From Eledone cirrhosa (lineage: Eukaryota), in contig OZ024742.1 in NCBI GenBank assembly GCA_964016885.1, positions 247,132,001 through 247,196,000 of the forward strand: a DNA stretch of 64,000 nucleotides. Reading direction: 5' to 3'. Of the stretch, positions 55,004 to 64,000 are shown piece by piece. The notes beneath the pieces are model-generated. The model did not search any database. It was not told the origin of the DNA and saw nothing but the letters and a program-made list of their open reading frames with translations. Position 1 is the first letter of the stretch, and the number at the start of each line of letters is the position of its first letter. Made by a program: the position numbers and the translations under genes.

Positions 55004-55336
55004 CAACTGATTATATAGGGCGATTGCCGGTCTAGCAATTTGCTGGACCGGCAATCACTCTATATAATCAGTTCTTGATTATTACTGGAATTCTATAAGA
55101 ATCCAGCCTCTATAATTTTCAGCAAAGGCTCTGAGGATCGCCAACAGCGTGAAACAGAATCTGTCAGCTTCTCTCCCTTCTTTTGCCGAAAAAAGAAGTG
55201 ACATAGTCACTACTTTAAAAATGATAGCGCAAGTTCTTCAAAATGTTTTTAATTAAATATACGGTATATTGCCAAATATACTATACATACATTTATGTAT
55301 ACATCGCTATTTCAGAGCACCAATCCTATTTTTTAA
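55004..55336 (+). mobile_element. Diverged single homologue of the 317-bp array unit with a fold-back 5' end
   Basis: Colinear matches to the minus strand of the unit (TGATTATTACTGGAATTCTATAAGAAT, GTCACTACTTTAAAA, TCTTCAAAATGTTTTTAATTAA, GCTATTTCAGAGCACCAAT); inverted repeat at 55004-55072. Confidence 0.8.
55126..55170 (+). ncRNA. Type I hammerhead ribozyme with C3-G8 core
   Basis: AGGCT-CTGAGGA-T-CGC-CAACA-GCG-T-GAAA-CAG-AAT-CTG-TC-AGCTT; predicted cleavage after 55165. Confidence 0.85.
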
Positions 55337-57221
55337 ATATATATGTATATATATGAGAAGAGAAAGAAGTTTCCCTTTCGTTTGGTTAATTCGTAGTTAT
55401 GTGGATAGTATGTGCTAACAAAAGCCTACTAAATTGCTCTCAGCGTGGTAAATGGAGTTACGTAACAAATATCTAGATGTTGAATAATCGAGTATGTTAC
55501 AAGATTCCAAGCGTTCCCGGAGTTATTTAGTATAATAGAGTCCCAGAAAAAACTAGGCAAGATGAGAGGAGAGATTTGAAGAAAGATGTATTACATTATA
55601 TTAACTAACTCGTGTTTCATCATTGTTACGTAATCCTCTACGAGAGAATCATCAGAGAAATTAAACAAATGAAGATAATATATTATTACAACTACACGTT
55701 AGGTATATTTGTGTACAAAGGGAAGGACAGGGAAGTTTAGTGAATACCAAGCAATGGACAGCTAATACCCATTATTTGCCGGTTAGAAATGACATTTTAG
55801 GAAATGGGTATGGCAGTTGCCACGAAATGATGTTAGACATGAAAACAACGTATAGAATAATTGCATGGTTTACGGGCTAAGATAGAAAAGAGAGAATGGG
55901 TGAATTTGAAAAATGAAAGGAATATTCGTGATCACAGAGTTTGATCAACATTAAAATATGACGTTTGGCGCCAGTCTCATCGTCATAAAATTCTGCCCAA
56001 CAAAAGATATGTAGGTCGTATGAGAATGAATGTCGAGTGATGGAGATCAATCCTATGTTAACGTAGAATATATATAGAAAAAGCTTTTAAGGATTTATGA
56101 TGACAATTTTAGATTCTCTCCTGCCTAAATTTCAATAAATGGTTACCGTTCATAGCTTCCAGCACACCATTAACACAAAGATTACATTCCTGTCTTTCTC
56201 ATCGATATGGCTGAGCAAAGCGTAGAAGTGACCATGACAGCTCTTCCTTTACTTTTTCTGGTTTTAAACCCCATACTACTTTAGCTTGCGTGGTAGATTT
56301 GCGAAGCTGTGGATTTTTAAAAGAATGCAATTATTCATACTGTGATATGATCGGGGCTAGTATTTGCGATGTTGTAACCTCAAATATATGCATTTGCACT
56401 TTATTCATTTTTATATGTAAGTAGAGCTTCGTACATTGATTGGTTCTGAGCTGTTATTTTTAGTGGCCTTATGGTCTATTCGCACCACATTGAGCTAACA
56501 AACGAACATGTGCTTTCTCTATACCTTGTGTGTATTCATAGTTATTTAATATATTTTTAGAAGTGAAGATCCTATTGATAGGATATCTGTATTTGGGCTA
56601 CAACTACAACATGTAACCTTCACTTGATATAGCGAAACATAATTTGAACATGTCCGTATGTTATAGTTATAATTGGATGGTTAGTAAACTTTCATGTATA
56701 TTAAAAATTGGTTTGTATTCACCATTCCTTCCATAGTTAATATGCTCGTCACACTGGTGATTTTAAATCCCTTATGATTGAACACACATCTCTATGTGTA
56801 CTTCTTTTTATATGGTGACATATAAAGGGCCCAGAATGTATTCCTTGGGGTGATTAAACTATAGGGGATGATTGCGAGTGTTTAACACCACTTTTTAACT
56901 ATATATATATATATATGGAATATCACGAGCGTGCCTGTTACGTAAGTCGGATATTTGATTTCTGATTCATAGAAACACTTTAAACGAATATCGTTTGATT
57001 TGTCCAGGTGTATCTTTTTTAACCTATTAGTTTTTTCATTACTTTGGTATTGTTTGTTAGGTTTTGCCTACCACAATGTTCAGTTTGTCAAGCTATTTAA
57101 ACGTACGTTATTACTCTAAGGACCTACCCATATTGAGTACTTTGCTAACTCATTCATATTGTAGGTCGACTTTGTTTGCCCACAGCCAAAGCTTCGATTT
57201 TGCTAAGCTTCCACATGTACG

Positions 57222-57252
<31 letters not shown>

Positions 57253-57376
57253 TAGTCTGTCTGTGTGCATGTATGGAAGGGTATGTATATATAAATGTAC
57301 ACGTATATATTATTATCTACATTATTATAAACACTTGTATGTATGTATACGTATACATATATATATATATATACAT

Positions 57377-57428
<52 letters not shown>

Positions 57429-57433
<5 letters not shown>

Positions 57434-58250
57434 AATATATTACACAGAGAGAAGTGTGTTATACAGTGAGATGTGTGTAAAGAATTATTACATGTGGGTT
57501 TAATCGTTACTGTATGGAAAACAACACCTACAGGTTAGCAATTAAATAGAAAGAACCCTAAGTCAGAATCAAATCTCCGAAGTAGAGTTTTAAATTACCA
57601 ACCTAATAACTATAAGCTTGCTGATACGAATCTATTTCGTTTCGCCACTGAAATGTGTAGCGTACAAAACCACAGGTTCCTCAGACAGCAAGCGTGGAAT
57701 TGCCCGCCACACATCTAGCCTAATGGAAAGAGAGAACGCAAATATACACGCTGCTCAGAGCAGGGCGAAAACACGTGTTATTTGCATCAAATAACGGCTC
57801 TCATGAATTGGAGAAAATGCTAGAGAGGGAAGCCCAACCATTCGAATTTATTAGCTCAACAATTTGGAGCTTGTTAATTATACAAGGATCGCAATTAGAG
57901 TATTCCGCAATTCACACTAATAATAATATTAGCTCAATATTGCGTTCTCTCTTGCGTTCTCTAGATGTATGGCGGGCAATTCCACGCTTGCTGACTGAGG
58001 AACCTGTGGTTTTGTACGCTACACATTTCAGTGGCGAAACGAAATAGATTCGTATCAGCAAGCTTATAGTTATAAGGTTGGTAATTTAAAACTCTACTTC
58101 GGAGATTTGATTCTGACTTAGGGTTCTTTCTATTTAATTGCTAACCTGTAGGTGTTGTTTTCCATACAGTAACGGTTAAACCCACATTTAATAATTCTTT
58201 ACACACATCTCACTGTGTAACACACTTCTCTCTGTGTAATATATTTGTAT
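57429..58250. repeat. Inverted repeat (290-bp arms, ~240-bp spacer), pLTR-like, with hammerheads at 57617-57692 (-) and 57987-58062 (+)
   Basis: 57429-57718 vs 57961-58250; CTTGCTGA-CTGAGGA-ACC...GGC-GAAA-CGAA-ATAGA-TTCG-TA-TCAGCAAG. Part of the spacer (~57879-57937) is inverted again at ~58282-58340. Confidence 0.88.
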
Positions 58251-58334
58251 TTGAGCTTAGTTGAAAAGTCTCTGTTCTTCTTTGAGCTAATATTATTATT
58301 ACTGTGAACTGCGGAATACTCTAATTCCGATCCT

Positions 58335-58374
<40 letters not shown>

Positions 58375-58619
58375 TGTGTGTTCGTGCGTGTGTGTATATG
58401 TATCAAATAGGTAACACAAGGAGATATCAAATAAAAAGGGAATGTTCTTAACTTAGGCTTTCTTCAAGAAGACTACCTTAAAAGGTCAATCTTGTTAAGT
58501 AATTTGTAGCACGACTTAAAATAGAACAGCCATTTACAGTGTACAGAATTGATCAATATCGTTACGCTAAGAAAGTTTGAATTTCACGAAATAATGATTA
58601 GAACGTATGTGCAATATGT

Positions 58620-59040
<421 letters not shown>

Positions 59041-59057
59041 CCATTACCATTGTAAGG

Positions 59058-59142
59058 GGTCTAACGAGCCGCGGCTTAAAGAGTCGGGCAAAATCGATAC
59101 AGATCAAACCTTGAGCTAAGCAGGGGCGAAACGCGCGTCACC
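59058..59142 (+). ncRNA. Hammerhead motif with G5A mutation and 60-nt stem II
   Basis: GGT-CTAACGA-GCC...GGC-GAAA-CGCGCG-TC-ACC, then AATAAA. Confidence 0.65.
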
Positions 59143-59381
59143 AACAAATAAACGTAATGAAGGAGTAAGCAATCGTCCTTCTTATTTTATTTCACTATAT
59201 GTATATATACATATATATAAATGGAAAAAATAAAACTAAATTTATTTCTCACTCTTAGTACGGCTGTTACTTAAATATAAGTATGTATACGTACATACAT
59301 ATATGTCAATTGGGTGCTCTAAATATATATCAATTGGGTGCTCTACGAAATTCAATTTACTAAATATATATATATATATAT

Positions 59382-64000
<4,619 letters not shown>

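Overview
AT-rich, microsatellite-dense animal genomic DNA, most likely a coleoid cephalopod such as Octopus (inferred from the tRNA-derived SINE and the repeat landscape). No host protein-coding gene could be supported; nearly everything is retroelement-derived. 1-4.2 kb holds two head-to-tail R4/Dong-like RLE retrotransposons sitting in (TAA)n. 4.2-20.9 kb is a 16.6-kb head-to-tail array of five Tx1/L1-clade retrotransposons separated by (ATCT)n, and a sixth copy follows (ATCT)n at 43.3 kb. 20.9-64 kb holds several Penelope-like elements (mostly Naiad-type, often as large inverted duplications), a deleted mariner, two SINEs and, read by eye, roughly 25-30 intact or degenerate type I hammerhead ribozyme (HHR) motifs. 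The most interesting items are: (i) a 4 x 317-bp tandem array whose unit carries a U3-A8 variant hammerhead (retrozyme-like), with a diverged homologue at 55 kb showing compensatory changes across the ribozyme; (ii) a second, unrelated 566-bp tandem unit with a U3-A8 hammerhead and a branched stem II; (iii) an apparently (ATCT)n-targeted Tx1 lineage with a conserved AG|GTAAGT motif on the ORF1 stop, a conserved ORF1 C-terminal domain and covarying UTR hairpins. All alignments and folds were done by eye; coordinates are approximate to a few bases.
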